From: Patescibacteria group bacterium | Lineage (GTDB): Bacteria; Patescibacteriota; Minisyncoccia; Phycocordibacterales; Phycocordibacteraceae | Assembly (NCBI GenBank): GCA_019744845.1 | Contig: JAIETW010000006.1 | Location: 1 to 38,180 of the forward strand | Reading direction: 5' to 3' | Length of the DNA: 38,180 nucleotides | Shown here: positions 1 to 8,647 of the stretch, in pieces | Layout: each line of letters starts with the position of its first letter | Position numbering within the stretch: position 1 is the first letter of the stretch | Notes under the pieces: generated by a model | What the model was told of the DNA's origin: nothing | Databases searched by the model: none | Seen by the model: the letters and a program-made list of their open reading frames with translations, nothing else | Position numbers and translations under genes: made by a program

Positions 1-207
1 AAGCGTAAGAATAAGGACGGGAAGCCTCAGATGCGCCGCTATGTCATTGACTACAAAGAAGTGGGGGACGCATTTGAAGTCTTCCATCGTCTTCTAGAGG
101 ATGCGACGAAAGATCTCTCTACACGGAAACTATTCCTCCCGAACCCTTCAGATATGTTTGAGGGTGATAACTCCTTTGATATCTATCGTCTGGACCTTCT
201 TGGCTAG
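1..207 (+). CDS. 3' end of a CDS cut by the window edge; hypothetical protein (last 68 aa)
   Basis: Frame 1 is open from base 1 to TAG 205-207 (...FDIYRLDLLG*). No family recognised. The stop shares a CTAG tetranucleotide with the stop of the convergent gene 204..890. Confidence 0.45.
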   Translation, partial: KRKNKDGKPQMRRYVIDYKEVGDAFEVFHRLLEDATKDLSTRKLFLPNPSDMFEGDNSFDIYRLDLLG

Positions 208-890
208 CGAACGACTTCCTTGATTGCGGCATCAAGCACGCTTCCCATTTCCAAATAGGAGAGTGCGCCAGAGATAGTGATCGGTTCTGCGCCTTCAATG
301 AGAATTACGCTGTACGGCGTTTCCCTAACACCGATATCAAGACCATTAGTGAGATCGGACTCCACCTTTCGTACCGACCGTCCCTCATTGAGACACTTCT
401 CAAACTCTGTACGATCAAGACCAAGTCGTGGAAGAAGAGTGCCGTAGTCTTTCGGATCAAACTGGAGAGACGCAGGAGCGGCGACATGGAGTGCATCAAT
501 AAATTGCCAGAACATATCGCTTCCTCCGATACTTGCGGCACATTCAGTGGCTTCGGCGTGGGTACCCGAATTCGGAAACATGGCCACAAGAGGGAAGTGG
601 CGGTAGACCCAGGCGACATCTCCAGTGGTACCGTATTCGGTCATAATTTGAGCCATGGTGCGCTGGAACTGCTTACAGTACACACAGTCTGTATTGGTAT
701 AGGTTACGACGACGACTGGCGCATCAGGATTTCCCACCAAATGATCGCTTGGCGTGACAGGACGAATGGCGTTCACGTCTCCAATCGAGGGAGCTTCAAC
801 TCCATTGGTGCGCACAAGATAAATGGAGATCGCAAGGATGAGTCCTGCAATGATAATGGCACCAGGTAGAAGAATGAGCGATTTGTTCAT
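204..890 (-). CDS. membrane-anchored DsbA-like thiol:disulfide oxidoreductase (thioredoxin fold)
   Basis: 228-aa ORF with an N-terminal TM helix (LILLPGAIIIAGLILAISIYLV) and a CxxC active site CVYC in YTNTDCVYCKQF. A GGTATACT box (898-905, minus) lies 7 nt upstream of ATG 890. Confidence 0.8.
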   Translation of the reverse strand: MNKSLILLPGAIIIAGLILAISIYLVRTNGVEAPSIGDVNAIRPVTPSDHLVGNPDAPVVVVTYTNTDCVYCKQFQRTMAQIMTEYGTTGDVAWVYRHFPLVAMFPNSGTHAEATECAASIGGSDMFWQFIDALHVAAPASLQFDPKDYGTLLPRLGLDRTEFEKCLNEGRSVRKVESDLTNGLDIGVRETPYSVILIEGAEPITISGALSYLEMGSVLDAAIKEVVR

Positions 891-897
891 TCCTTAA

Positions 898-905
898 AGT
901 ATACC
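898..905 (-). promoter_or_regulatory. -10-like box GGTATACT, 7 nt upstream of the DsbA-like start (leaderless-type promoter)
   Basis: Plus strand reads agtatacc at 898-905. The same octamer recurs at the same distance from many other first-gene starts in this window. No purine-rich SD lies between the box and the ATG. Confidence 0.5.
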
Positions 906-918
906 AAGGAAGATCCAA

Positions 919-1497
919 CTAAAATGGCAGGGTGTGAGTGAGTGAGGGGGCACTACCACCGTTCTCCCACTGACTTGCATCAATCTTTATATCCTTCGTT
1001 GTGCCAAGGTCTTTGTACTTCATGTGCCCCTTGTCGCGTGCGTATTCATAGAGCTCACGAGTGATGCGTACGTCTTCAAGGCAGTATTCCTTTACCTGGT
1101 CATACAGTCCCTGCTCCCACCACTCCACAGCCTTTAGTCCATCTCCGGTCTTTCCGCGCCCGAGTGTTGCCTGTGCAAGAGTGTCCAAGCGAAGACGACG
1201 TCCAAGAGAGTTGTATACCTCCGACAGAAGATCCAGTGACTTAATCTTGGTGAGATCTCCTGGGTAGTAGCGGTTCAGAATAGGAATATCAAATCCATCA
1301 GAGTTAAACCCAATCAACATATCGGCACACTCAAGAATAGGCCAGAGCTTATGGAGCTCTTCTTTGAAGAACGCAGAGTATTCTCCCGTTTCCGTATCGT
1401 GTATACCGACGACGGTCAATTCAAGGGTCGCAGTATCAAGTCGTCCACGCGTGACGGATGCACCTTTCGTTTCAATATCAAACGTAATCGCCCGCAT
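919..1497 (-). CDS. RNase H-fold 3'-5' exonuclease domain protein (DEDD / PolB-exonuclease-like)
   Basis: Track ORF 919..1536. Preferred start is ATG 1497 (MRAITFDIETKG...), directly after the hisS stop (1499-1501). Acidic exonuclease-type motifs are FDIET, GFNSDGFDIPIL and EYCLEDV. Confidence 0.6.
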   Translation of the reverse strand: MRAITFDIETKGASVTRGRLDTATLELTVVGIHDTETGEYSAFFKEELHKLWPILECADMLIGFNSDGFDIPILNRYYPGDLTKIKSLDLLSEVYNSLGRRLRLDTLAQATLGRGKTGDGLKAVEWWEQGLYDQVKEYCLEDVRITRELYEYARDKGHMKYKDLGTTKDIKIDASQWENGGSAPSLTHTLPF

Positions 1498-1498
1498 G

Positions 1499-2758
1499 CT
1501 ACTTCGTAAGAGAGGAGGCGACGTCGCTCTTCGCAACTATGTTTTCGCTTCCGGTCGCAAGAGTTTTAATGCGGACTGAGTCTCCTGAGGCTTCATCTGC
1601 GCCATATGCCATAAAGAGGGGAATGCCACGGCGATCCGCTTCTTTGATCTGATCTCCGAGACCCTTTGCACTCAAGTTCACAAACACCCGTGCTCCCGCC
1701 GTACGAAGTTCGTTCGCGAAGGTTTGTGCGGCAGGAATGGTATCTGGAGAAGGGGTACCGATAAAGAGCTGTGGTGCGTACTCGTTCTTCACTTCAAGAT
1801 TGTGCGTTTCAAGGAAGTCGAGGAAGGTCACATCGCCAAAGGCAAAGCCAACTGCAGGAATAGGGTCACCACCGAACATAGATACAAGACCGTCATAGCG
1901 ACCACCTCCAAAGAGGGCGCGGGGGTTTACCGGATCCGTATCATTTACCTCAAACACCATCCCGGTGTAGTAATCAAAGCCACGTACGATCTCAGGGTCA
2001 AAGGATACATTCGTAACACCGCGACTCTTCAAGGTTTCAATGAGCGCAAGTACCTTCGCTTTCTCCGTCGCTACCTCTGGATCAGTTGCTTCTTCCACTG
2101 CCGCAAGCGGATCTTTGCTTCCGGCACGTGCGGCCTCAAACTCCTCTGCACTCATCTTTGATTTCTTATCAAGAAGCTGCCAGTAGGCACGGACGCCTTC
2201 TGCATCGGTGAGTCCGACGGCGCGGCAGGCTGCACCAAGAAGTGCACGAGAGTTAATGCGAATCGCAAAGTCCTGAGGTGTCGCACCGAAAGACGTCATG
2301 ATGTTGCTTGCGAGCATCACTACTTCAAGATCTGCCTCTCCTTCAGGCAGACCCACCAAATCTACGTCGGTCTGGAAGAACTCGCGGAGACGTCCACGCT
2401 GTGGGCGCTCGTAGCGGAAGCGGTTCCCAATAGAAAACCAGCGGAAAGGAAGTGGAAGCTCGCGACGTTTTGCGGCAACCATGCGTGCCAAGGTAGGAGT
2501 CATTTCAGGGCGAAGCGTCACTCGGCGACCACCACGGTCCTCAAAGCTAAAGGTCTGCTCACGAATGATTTCTTCGTTTCCTTTGCTTTGGTAGAGCTCT
2601 GATGGCTCAAGTGGAGACGCCTGATACTCTTCGTATCCCCAAGAGCGCAGTACACTGCGTGTCTTTTCAAAGACGCCCGAAAGGCGTGCCCAATCGGAAG
2701 GATAAAAGTCACGGACGCCCTTATATGGCTCTGTTGAAAGAGGTTCACTCATATCCAT
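1499..2758 (-). CDS. hisS: histidine--tRNA ligase (class II aaRS)
   Basis: 419-aa ORF. N-terminal GVRDFYP, motif 2-like RFRYERPQRGRLREFFQTDVD, and a C-terminal anticodon-binding domain. A GGTATACT box at 2762-2769 (minus) is 3 nt from ATG 2758 and 9 nt from ATG 2752, so the true start may be 2752. Confidence 0.95.
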   Translation of the reverse strand: MDMSEPLSTEPYKGVRDFYPSDWARLSGVFEKTRSVLRSWGYEEYQASPLEPSELYQSKGNEEIIREQTFSFEDRGGRRVTLRPEMTPTLARMVAAKRRELPLPFRWFSIGNRFRYERPQRGRLREFFQTDVDLVGLPEGEADLEVVMLASNIMTSFGATPQDFAIRINSRALLGAACRAVGLTDAEGVRAYWQLLDKKSKMSAEEFEAARAGSKDPLAAVEEATDPEVATEKAKVLALIETLKSRGVTNVSFDPEIVRGFDYYTGMVFEVNDTDPVNPRALFGGGRYDGLVSMFGGDPIPAVGFAFGDVTFLDFLETHNLEVKNEYAPQLFIGTPSPDTIPAAQTFANELRTAGARVFVNLSAKGLGDQIKEADRRGIPLFMAYGADEASGDSVRIKTLATGSENIVAKSDVASSLTK

Positions 2759-2795
2759 GCAAGTATACCTGGAGGCGGTAGAGAGGCCAAACGCC

Positions 2796-3365
2796 TTACA
2801 ACATACCTTTCTTATCTACAATCACGTGCTCGGGACGGTTTTCAAACTTGTGCACCTGCTCCATAAGAAGATCGCGTACATGCTTTGGGTTTCCGATACC
2901 AGGGAGCGTAATCTTCTCCGTTGCGCCTGCGCTCTGTGCAGTAATGGTGCCGAACCCGAAGAGAGTGTGGAAGAAGCCAGTCACATCCATGGTGACATCT
3001 TCTACACGATCAAGGAACAAGCTCGTGACCTCACGACTGAAGAAATCATGCTGCTCCACATCTATGATGCGCTTGTTGGTGATAATCCATACATCAAGGA
3101 AGTAGCGCATAAAGTCGCTGAAGGCGGCCATCCATACAAAGAGCCACCAGATACCAAGCACAAAGAGTATCCATGGATTTTCGTAGCTCACATATACTGC
3201 TGCACCGCTTTGTGAGAGGAGGTCGTTACGTGCAAAGAGTTCAATCACAATGACCGGAAGGTACGCAAATACCGCATACGGAATCGCACCACCCACGTAC
3301 ACGAGCCAGTGCTTACGTATAGAGGCGAGTATGTGTTCACCAGGCTGGAGATGTAGTTCTTCCAT
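2796..3365 (-). CDS. membrane protein with bacterial PH domain (bPH_2 / YdbS-YdbT-like)
   Basis: 189 aa. Two TM helices are followed by ITNKRIIDVEQHDFFSREVTSLFLDRVEDVT..., which is typical of the bPH_2 family. Confidence 0.65.
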   Translation of the reverse strand: MEELHLQPGEHILASIRKHWLVYVGGAIPYAVFAYLPVIVIELFARNDLLSQSGAAVYVSYENPWILFVLGIWWLFVWMAAFSDFMRYFLDVWIITNKRIIDVEQHDFFSREVTSLFLDRVEDVTMDVTGFFHTLFGFGTITAQSAGATEKITLPGIGNPKHVRDLLMEQVHKFENRPEHVIVDKKGML

Positions 3366-3366
3366 A

Positions 3367-3591
3367 CTATTGAAGACCAGAGGTCATGAATACAAAGATG
3401 CCACCCGATACGGCCAGGTGTATGGCGAGTGCCGGCACTGCCACCCATGACGAGCGTCCAAACCGAGCCCAATGATAGACCGCAACTGCGCTATAGATCG
3501 CCCACCAGATAAACACCAAGGTAAAAATCACCGACACCACCATCTCCGCAGAGGCGCCCGTCATGAAGGAGGGGAGTTGAAGTGGAGACAT
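3367..3591 (-). CDS. small integral membrane protein (about 74 aa, 2 TM), hypothetical
   Basis: Track ORF 3367..3666. Start chosen at ATG 3591 (MSPLQLPSF...) because the upstream prmC ends at 3596. Two hydrophobic helices. The stop abuts the next gene's start (3365). Confidence 0.45.
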   Translation of the reverse strand: MSPLQLPSFMTGASAEMVVSVIFTLVFIWWAIYSAVAVYHWARFGRSSWVAVPALAIHLAVSGGIFVFMTSGLQ

Positions 3592-3595
3592 AACT

Positions 3596-4333
3596 CTAGT
3601 TTCCCACGAGAAGCCGTGGCCTGCCATAGAGGTCCGTGTGTATGGTCGCAGCAAAGTCTGCTTCATTCATCAGCGATTTCGCCTCTTCAATGTTATCCAT
3701 ATCTGCTTCTATCCAAAGTGCGCCTCCAGGCGTGAGGTGCGTGTGTGCTTCGGTAATGATGCGGCGGATGAGTGAGAGACCGTCTTCGCCGCCATAGAGT
3801 GCAATCTCTGGCTCGTACTTCGTCACACTGTCTTCAAGTGTACGGTCCTCTGGAATGTACGGAGGATTCGTGGCGATCACATCAAAAACCTTTCCCAAAA
3901 AAGGTGCAAAGAGGTCTCCAATGCGAATGTCGGCATCAGGAAGATTGTTTGCCGCGATGTTTTTTCTAATCAATGCGGCATGTGCCTCATCTATTTCTCC
4001 AAATGAAACGTTGGCATTAGGGAAGTGCTTCAATACCGCAAGACCAATTGCGCCCGATCCTGCACAGAGATCAAGGAAACGGAACGGCTCGCTTCCATAG
4101 GTATCTTGCAGATTTTGTACGAGCTTCTCCGTCCACCATTCAGTCTCAGGGCGGGGAATGAGTGGCCGAGAATCGAGGTGGATGGTGAGTCCCAGAAAGG
4201 GGATCCAGCCAATCACATAGGCAAGGGGTTCGCCGCGCATCAAGCGTCCGAGATCTTCTGCCATGTCGGCACCACGGTCTCCCTGGTACTTGTCTTGTAT
4301 GAGTGCTTCCACATCCTCACGTCTGGTGTCCAT
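3596..4333 (-). CDS. prmC: release factor glutamine N5-methyltransferase (HemK/PrmC)
   Basis: SAM-binding motif LDLCAGSGAIG and catalytic NPPY (IATNPPYIP). Track ORF extends to 4378. ATG 4333 (MDTRRED...) or 4339 fits the shared promoter box at 4342-4349. Confidence 0.85.
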   Translation of the reverse strand: MDTRREDVEALIQDKYQGDRGADMAEDLGRLMRGEPLAYVIGWIPFLGLTIHLDSRPLIPRPETEWWTEKLVQNLQDTYGSEPFRFLDLCAGSGAIGLAVLKHFPNANVSFGEIDEAHAALIRKNIAANNLPDADIRIGDLFAPFLGKVFDVIATNPPYIPEDRTLEDSVTKYEPEIALYGGEDGLSLIRRIITEAHTHLTPGGALWIEADMDNIEEAKSLMNEADFAATIHTDLYGRPRLLVGN

Positions 4334-4341
4334 AACCATAC

Positions 4342-4349
4342 GGTATACT
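4342..4349. promoter_or_regulatory. shared palindromic -10 core (GGTATACT / AGTATACC) for divergent prmC and DUF1360 genes
   Basis: cggtatactacgagcATG: the box is followed by 6 nt and then ATG 4356 on plus. On minus, TATACC is followed by 8 nt and then ATG 4333. Only 22 nt separate the two start codons. Confidence 0.45.
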
Positions 4350-4355
4350 ACGAGC

Positions 4356-4823
4356 ATGAAAACTGCACTCTGGAACATCTTCTTCGGTCTCTTCTTTGGC
4401 GCACTCGTCCTTATGGGCGTGTACTGGCTTGAGGAGACGGGGCGCTTTACTACCTGGGTACCACTTGGTGACTTTGTGTTGATGGCACTCGCGCTTTTCC
4501 GTTTGATTCGTCTTACGTCTTACGACCTCATTACCAAGTTCATTCGTGATGCCTTTATCGGTGTACCGAAAGATACCTTCCTTGGTACTTTGGGCTCGCT
4601 CATTAACTGCCCATGGTGTGTCGGTCTTTGGTGGAGCTTCTTCATGGTCTTTGCGTACTTCGCAAGCCCATACACCTGGCCAGTCATTCTCATCCTCGCG
4701 CTTGCAGCAGTTGCTTCCTTCCTTCAGATTCTCGCGAACCTTGCAGGATGGTCTGCAGAAGAAAAGAAGCGTGGTGTGCTCGGAGGTGCGAACCCGTCTG
4801 GTTCTACCTCTACCTGCGGATAA
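4356..4823 (+). CDS. DUF1360-like integral membrane protein
   Basis: Track ORF 4263..4823. Start ATG 4356 (MKTALWNIFFGLFF...) lies 6 nt after the GGTATACT box. Four TM segments and the motif INCPWCVGLWWSFF, which is typical of DUF1360. Confidence 0.65.
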   Translation: MKTALWNIFFGLFFGALVLMGVYWLEETGRFTTWVPLGDFVLMALALFRLIRLTSYDLITKFIRDAFIGVPKDTFLGTLGSLINCPWCVGLWWSFFMVFAYFASPYTWPVILILALAAVASFLQILANLAGWSAEEKKRGVLGGANPSGSTSTCG

Positions 4824-4832
4824 CCGCCAGAT

Positions 4833-5417
4833 ATGCGGAACGTATACATCGTCGGCCCTTCAGGAGGAGGGAAGACGTCATTGTTCCATTACCTTCGTGC
4901 ACACTTAGACGACCGATTTCATTTCCCGCTCCGGGTCGTCTCGCGTCGTCCACGTACCGCGGCCGATGGACTGGAGAATGTGTTCCTGTCGCATGATGAG
5001 TTTGAGGAACTGCGCCGTAAAGGGGATTCGTCAATGTTCTTTTCATGGCACCGCCTTATGGAAGGAGATCGGGTGGAATACTACGGGTACCGCACCTGTG
5101 ATATAGACCCTGATAAGATCAATGTGTTTTCTGCGAACAACGCACTTTTGCTCTATCCGGACTCCTATATCCCTGCGAACACACTCACCGCACACGACTC
5201 CTGTTTCATTGCCTGTATCGCTCCGGCTGATATACGTCGTGCACGTTTGAAAGAACGTTCCCCTGAATTCTCTGATGCAGAGCTTGAGGTGCGCATTAAC
5301 CAGGAATCCATAGACGCGATGCTCGGGAGTCTTGATTTGGTGATTGATACCACTGACATTTCGCAAGAAGAGACAGGGAAGCGGGCAGTAGAGTTCCTGT
5401 CTCGCATCAGAGTATAA
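4833..5417 (+). CDS. P-loop kinase, PhnN (ribose 1,5-bisphosphate phosphokinase) / guanylate-kinase-like
   Basis: Walker A GPSGGGKTS. Recalled similarity to PhnN in RVVSRRPRTAADGLENVFLSHDEFEEL and FFSWHRLMEG..YYGY. Confidence 0.55.
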   Translation: MRNVYIVGPSGGGKTSLFHYLRAHLDDRFHFPLRVVSRRPRTAADGLENVFLSHDEFEELRRKGDSSMFFSWHRLMEGDRVEYYGYRTCDIDPDKINVFSANNALLLYPDSYIPANTLTAHDSCFIACIAPADIRRARLKERSPEFSDAELEVRINQESIDAMLGSLDLVIDTTDISQEETGKRAVEFLSRIRV

Positions 5418-5450
5418 AAAAAAGCCCGCATGACGCGGGCCTTTCTTTTG
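5416..5450. terminator. bidirectional intrinsic terminator between convergent genes
   Basis: The gcccgc (5424-5429) / gcgggc (5435-5440) stem is flanked by an A-run upstream and a T-rich tract downstream. Confidence 0.7.
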
Positions 5451-5458
5451 AGTGGAGC

Positions 5459-5818
5459 TTAGTAGCTTCCGCCTCCGTAACCACCACGGTCGTTTCCGCC
5501 GCCGTAGCCACCTCCGCGATTACCACCACCGAAGCCTCCGCTACGGCCACCACCCTGAGGGCGGTCACCCTGCGGACGAGCAAAGGAAACTGAAAGCGTG
5601 CGGCCATCAAATTCCTTTCCATCCCAACGGTCAATCGCTGCCTGTGCCTGTGCTTCATCCGCCATTTCGACGAAACCGAAGCCGCGAGAGCGACCAGTCA
5701 TGCGATCCATGATAATGCTGACGGACGTAACGGTACCTGCCTCTTCAAAGGCGGTGCGCATTTCATCCTCGGTCGTACGGTATGGAATACCGCCGACATA
5801 GAGCTTGTTTGTTGCCAT
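5459..5818 (-). CDS. RRM-domain RNA-binding protein with Gly/Arg/Tyr-rich C-terminal tail
   Basis: Start ATG 5818 (MATNKLYVGGIPY...). RNP2 LYVGGI and RNP1 RGFGFVEM. The tail is GGGRSGGFGGGNRGGGYGGGNDRGGYGGGSY. Confidence 0.85.
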   Translation of the reverse strand: MATNKLYVGGIPYRTTEDEMRTAFEEAGTVTSVSIIMDRMTGRSRGFGFVEMADEAQAQAAIDRWDGKEFDGRTLSVSFARPQGDRPQGGGRSGGFGGGNRGGGYGGGNDRGGYGGGSY

Positions 5819-5961
5819 GTGGCTGTCTGTTCTGAATGTATAACCTCGCTGAACTGAGCACTCAGAAGTGGGGTAAACCACGCGAAGTTCTGGATACTGC
5901 GAGTTATCCGCAGTATGCAACAGAAACAAGCTTTTCACAAGGATGCTGTGGATTAATGCCG

Positions 5962-6345
5962 CTACTTCCGAGTCCAGGGTGTCTTGGCCCCGGGGTCTAT
6001 TTTCTTCTCTAGTTTGGTTATAACGGCGCTCGCAAACGCATTAAAATCTGCCCGATTCTTAAATAGGTAGTCAGGATAGGTATCGGAATGGAAATAAACC
6101 TGTACTTTTCCATCCTTGCTCTGTGAGGTGCGTCCCTCAAGGAGGATGTCTTCTCCCTGTATCCCGTGTTCAGTTTGTACTTGATCGTGAGGTTTGGTAC
6201 TTGCGTAGACATTAAAGCTTGACGTTACGGTAAAGGAGAAGGAAGGTGACTTGCGGAGTGCACCCACACGAAGCTCGTTCAGCTTCAAACGAAGAAGCTT
6301 TTCGTAATGTGCTTGTGGGGATTCTTGTACTCCTTCTGCTCCCAT
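5962..6345 (-). CDS. hypothetical protein (127 aa)
   Basis: The ORF starts 3 nt after the purN stop and has coding-like codon structure. No family recognised. Confidence 0.5.
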   Translation of the reverse strand: MGAEGVQESPQAHYEKLLRLKLNELRVGALRKSPSFSFTVTSSFNVYASTKPHDQVQTEHGIQGEDILLEGRTSQSKDGKVQVYFHSDTYPDYLFKNRADFNAFASAVITKLEKKIDPGAKTPWTRK

Positions 6346-6347
6346 AG

Positions 6348-6962
6348 TTATGAAAGTTGTGCACCGACAAGTGTAGAGGGATTCTCTCCATCCCAGGATA
6401 TCTTTCCTGACACCACCTTGTCAGTGATCTTAGGCTGCCACTCATGCTCTGACTGCTGCACACGCTCAGCAAGAGTCTGAACTGTATCTTCCGGCATGAT
6501 CGGAACAGGATATCGGAAGAAGATTGGACCCTCATCAAACTCAGGAGTGACAAAGTGCATAGACACTGCAGAGTGTGTCGTTCGTCCTTCTTTGTATGCT
6601 TTGAGGACTGCTTCGTGTACGAAGTTGCCGTAGAGTCCTTTGCCGCCAAATTCAGGAAGTGGTCCAGGGTGAATGTTGAAGGTGACTCGTGGATCAAGAC
6701 CTGCAACCAGTCGCATCCAGCCCGAGAGCGCAATGAAGTCTGCATCTTTCACAATCTCCTGATAGCGTTCAGCCGTGTAGGGAGCAGGGAAGTATATAAA
6801 AGGAACACCCATACGATCGGCGCGTTCTCGTACGCCACCGTCTTCTATATTAGAGACGACACCGATAATCTCGGCCGCGGTTTGGAATTTCACTAGGTTC
6901 TCAAACCCAGAACCACCACTTTCTTTGGTGCCTGAGGAAAAGATGATCAACTTCGGCTTCAT
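6348..6962 (-). CDS. purN: phosphoribosylglycinamide formyltransferase-like (formyl transferase family)
   Basis: 204 aa. Formyltransferase core SGWMRLV...NIHPGPLPEFGG...H. The ATG overlaps the upstream stop (ATGA at 6959-6962). Confidence 0.8.
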   Translation of the reverse strand: MKPKLIIFSSGTKESGGSGFENLVKFQTAAEIIGVVSNIEDGGVRERADRMGVPFIYFPAPYTAERYQEIVKDADFIALSGWMRLVAGLDPRVTFNIHPGPLPEFGGKGLYGNFVHEAVLKAYKEGRTTHSAVSMHFVTPEFDEGPIFFRYPVPIMPEDTVQTLAERVQQSEHEWQPKITDKVVSGKISWDGENPSTLVGAQLS

Positions 6963-8611
6963 ACCTCTTTATGATGCGTCATTGCTTCTTTAATGTCATC
7001 AAAGGTGCCGCCGACCTTTTTCCCTGGGTTAAAGATATTGAGTGGGTCAAAGATCTTCTTCGTTTCTGCAAACAATTCCACCATCTTCTCGCCGAAGAGC
7101 ATTGAGAGATAGGGTGTGCGGATGATGCCGTCATTATGCTCTCCCGTTGTGGTACCACCGTAGCGGATCACGAGCTCATACACCTTCGGAGAGAGTTCCA
7201 TGATGATCTCGTGGGATTTCTCATCTGAGAGATCCATAAGCGGAATGATGTGGAAGTTTCCGTTACCGACATGTCCTGCAATAGTGTAGGTGAGTTTGTA
7301 CTGCCCGAGAAGCTCGTAGAGTTCAGGAAGGAACTTTGGATATGTCTCTGGTGGTACCACGAAATCATCTATGAACGGACTTGCGTAGAGACCCTTCAAG
7401 TTCTTGCGAAGAAGGGCAAAGCTCTCGCGACGGACAATCCAGTATTTCTCTGACGCTTCTTCGTTCACGTTGATACGGGTCTGGAGTTTGAGATCTTTGA
7501 GTGCGGCACGTGCATCTTGTGCAGCTTTCAGAGCAGCTTCGTGGGTGAGCTCAGAAAACTCTGCCATGAGTACAAGCTTAGGCACGCCGCCCTTAAGCAC
7601 GAGCCCTACTTCAGGAAGGAAGGCGAGACCAAGACGCATGGCACGACCAAGTCCCATCTGCGAGAGCATCTGAGGGAGGAACTGCACGGCGAGTTTGAAC
7701 GTGTGATCGTCGTAGGACTCAAAGGACTCAGGATTGAACTTGAGTACGCGCTTCACAATCTCTGGCAAGATCTCTAGGTCCGAGAGGAAAATGACGAGCA
7801 TGGAACGATGCGGCTCTGGTTTTACGAGCTTCAGCTTCGCGCTTGTAAACAGTGCGAGGGTTCCCTGGGAACCAGTAATAAGTTTTGCAAGATTGAACGT
7901 GCCGTTCTCTACATCAAACACATGCCAGAGCGAATAACCCGCAGAGTTCTTAGAGACCTTGGGACGTGCTGCCTCAATAACGTCGCGGTTCGTAAGAATG
8001 AGATCCGACATCTTTCGGTAGATATCGCCCTCAAAGGTATTCTCTGCTTTCTTTTGGAGGAGTTCGTCAGGACCAAGTGCTTTAAAGGTGGTCCGGCTTC
8101 CATCAGACAGCACCACGTCTAGTTCTTCTACGTACTTCTCGGTTTTACCAAATTCAAGCGTGCGCTCACCACCAGAATTGTTCGCAATGATGCCGCCCAT
8201 GGCCGCAAGCTCACGAGAGGCGGGGTAAGAAGGAAGGAGAAGGTTCTTCTTAAGTGTCTCTTTCTCAAAGTCGCGGTAATAGACGCCGGGCTCAGTGATC
8301 GCATAGTCGTCTCCGACCTCTATCACCTTATTCATAAACTTGGTGAAGACTGCCACTACTGAAGAGGTCAGTGGTCCTCCACTCATACAGGTACCTGCCG
8401 CGCGTCCTGTGACCGATACATTCTCTCCCTTTTCTTTCGCTGCTTTTACCACTTTCACTAACGCAGCGACGTCTTCTGCGTCTTTTGGGTAGACGACTAG
8501 AGATGGTGTGCGCTCAAACACGCTCGTATCGCGAGAAAACTTGGTCAAGATGGCTGCGTCATCCGTGACTTCACCACGGATTACGCTCTGTATGTCGTCC
8601 CGAAGCGCCAT
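6959..8611 (-). CDS. FAD-binding oxidoreductase (FAD_binding_4 / GlcD-like FAD-linked oxidase)
   Basis: 550 aa. N-terminal PCMH-type FAD-binding domain (VVYPKDAEDVAALVKV..., VTGRAAGTCMSGG) and a C-terminal FAD-linked oxidase domain. Confidence 0.85.
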   Translation of the reverse strand: MALRDDIQSVIRGEVTDDAAILTKFSRDTSVFERTPSLVVYPKDAEDVAALVKVVKAAKEKGENVSVTGRAAGTCMSGGPLTSSVVAVFTKFMNKVIEVGDDYAITEPGVYYRDFEKETLKKNLLLPSYPASRELAAMGGIIANNSGGERTLEFGKTEKYVEELDVVLSDGSRTTFKALGPDELLQKKAENTFEGDIYRKMSDLILTNRDVIEAARPKVSKNSAGYSLWHVFDVENGTFNLAKLITGSQGTLALFTSAKLKLVKPEPHRSMLVIFLSDLEILPEIVKRVLKFNPESFESYDDHTFKLAVQFLPQMLSQMGLGRAMRLGLAFLPEVGLVLKGGVPKLVLMAEFSELTHEAALKAAQDARAALKDLKLQTRINVNEEASEKYWIVRRESFALLRKNLKGLYASPFIDDFVVPPETYPKFLPELYELLGQYKLTYTIAGHVGNGNFHIIPLMDLSDEKSHEIIMELSPKVYELVIRYGGTTTGEHNDGIIRTPYLSMLFGEKMVELFAETKKIFDPLNIFNPGKKVGGTFDDIKEAMTHHKEV

Positions 8612-8632
8612 GATACGCCCATGGTATCACGC

Positions 8633-8640
8633 GGTATACT
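8633..8640 (+). promoter_or_regulatory. -10-like GGTATACT box 7 nt upstream of ATG 8648
   Basis: cgcggtatactctcttctATG. This argues for start 8648 rather than the track start 8621, which lies only 9 nt from the divergent gene's start. Confidence 0.45.
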
Positions 8641-8647
8641 CTCTTCT

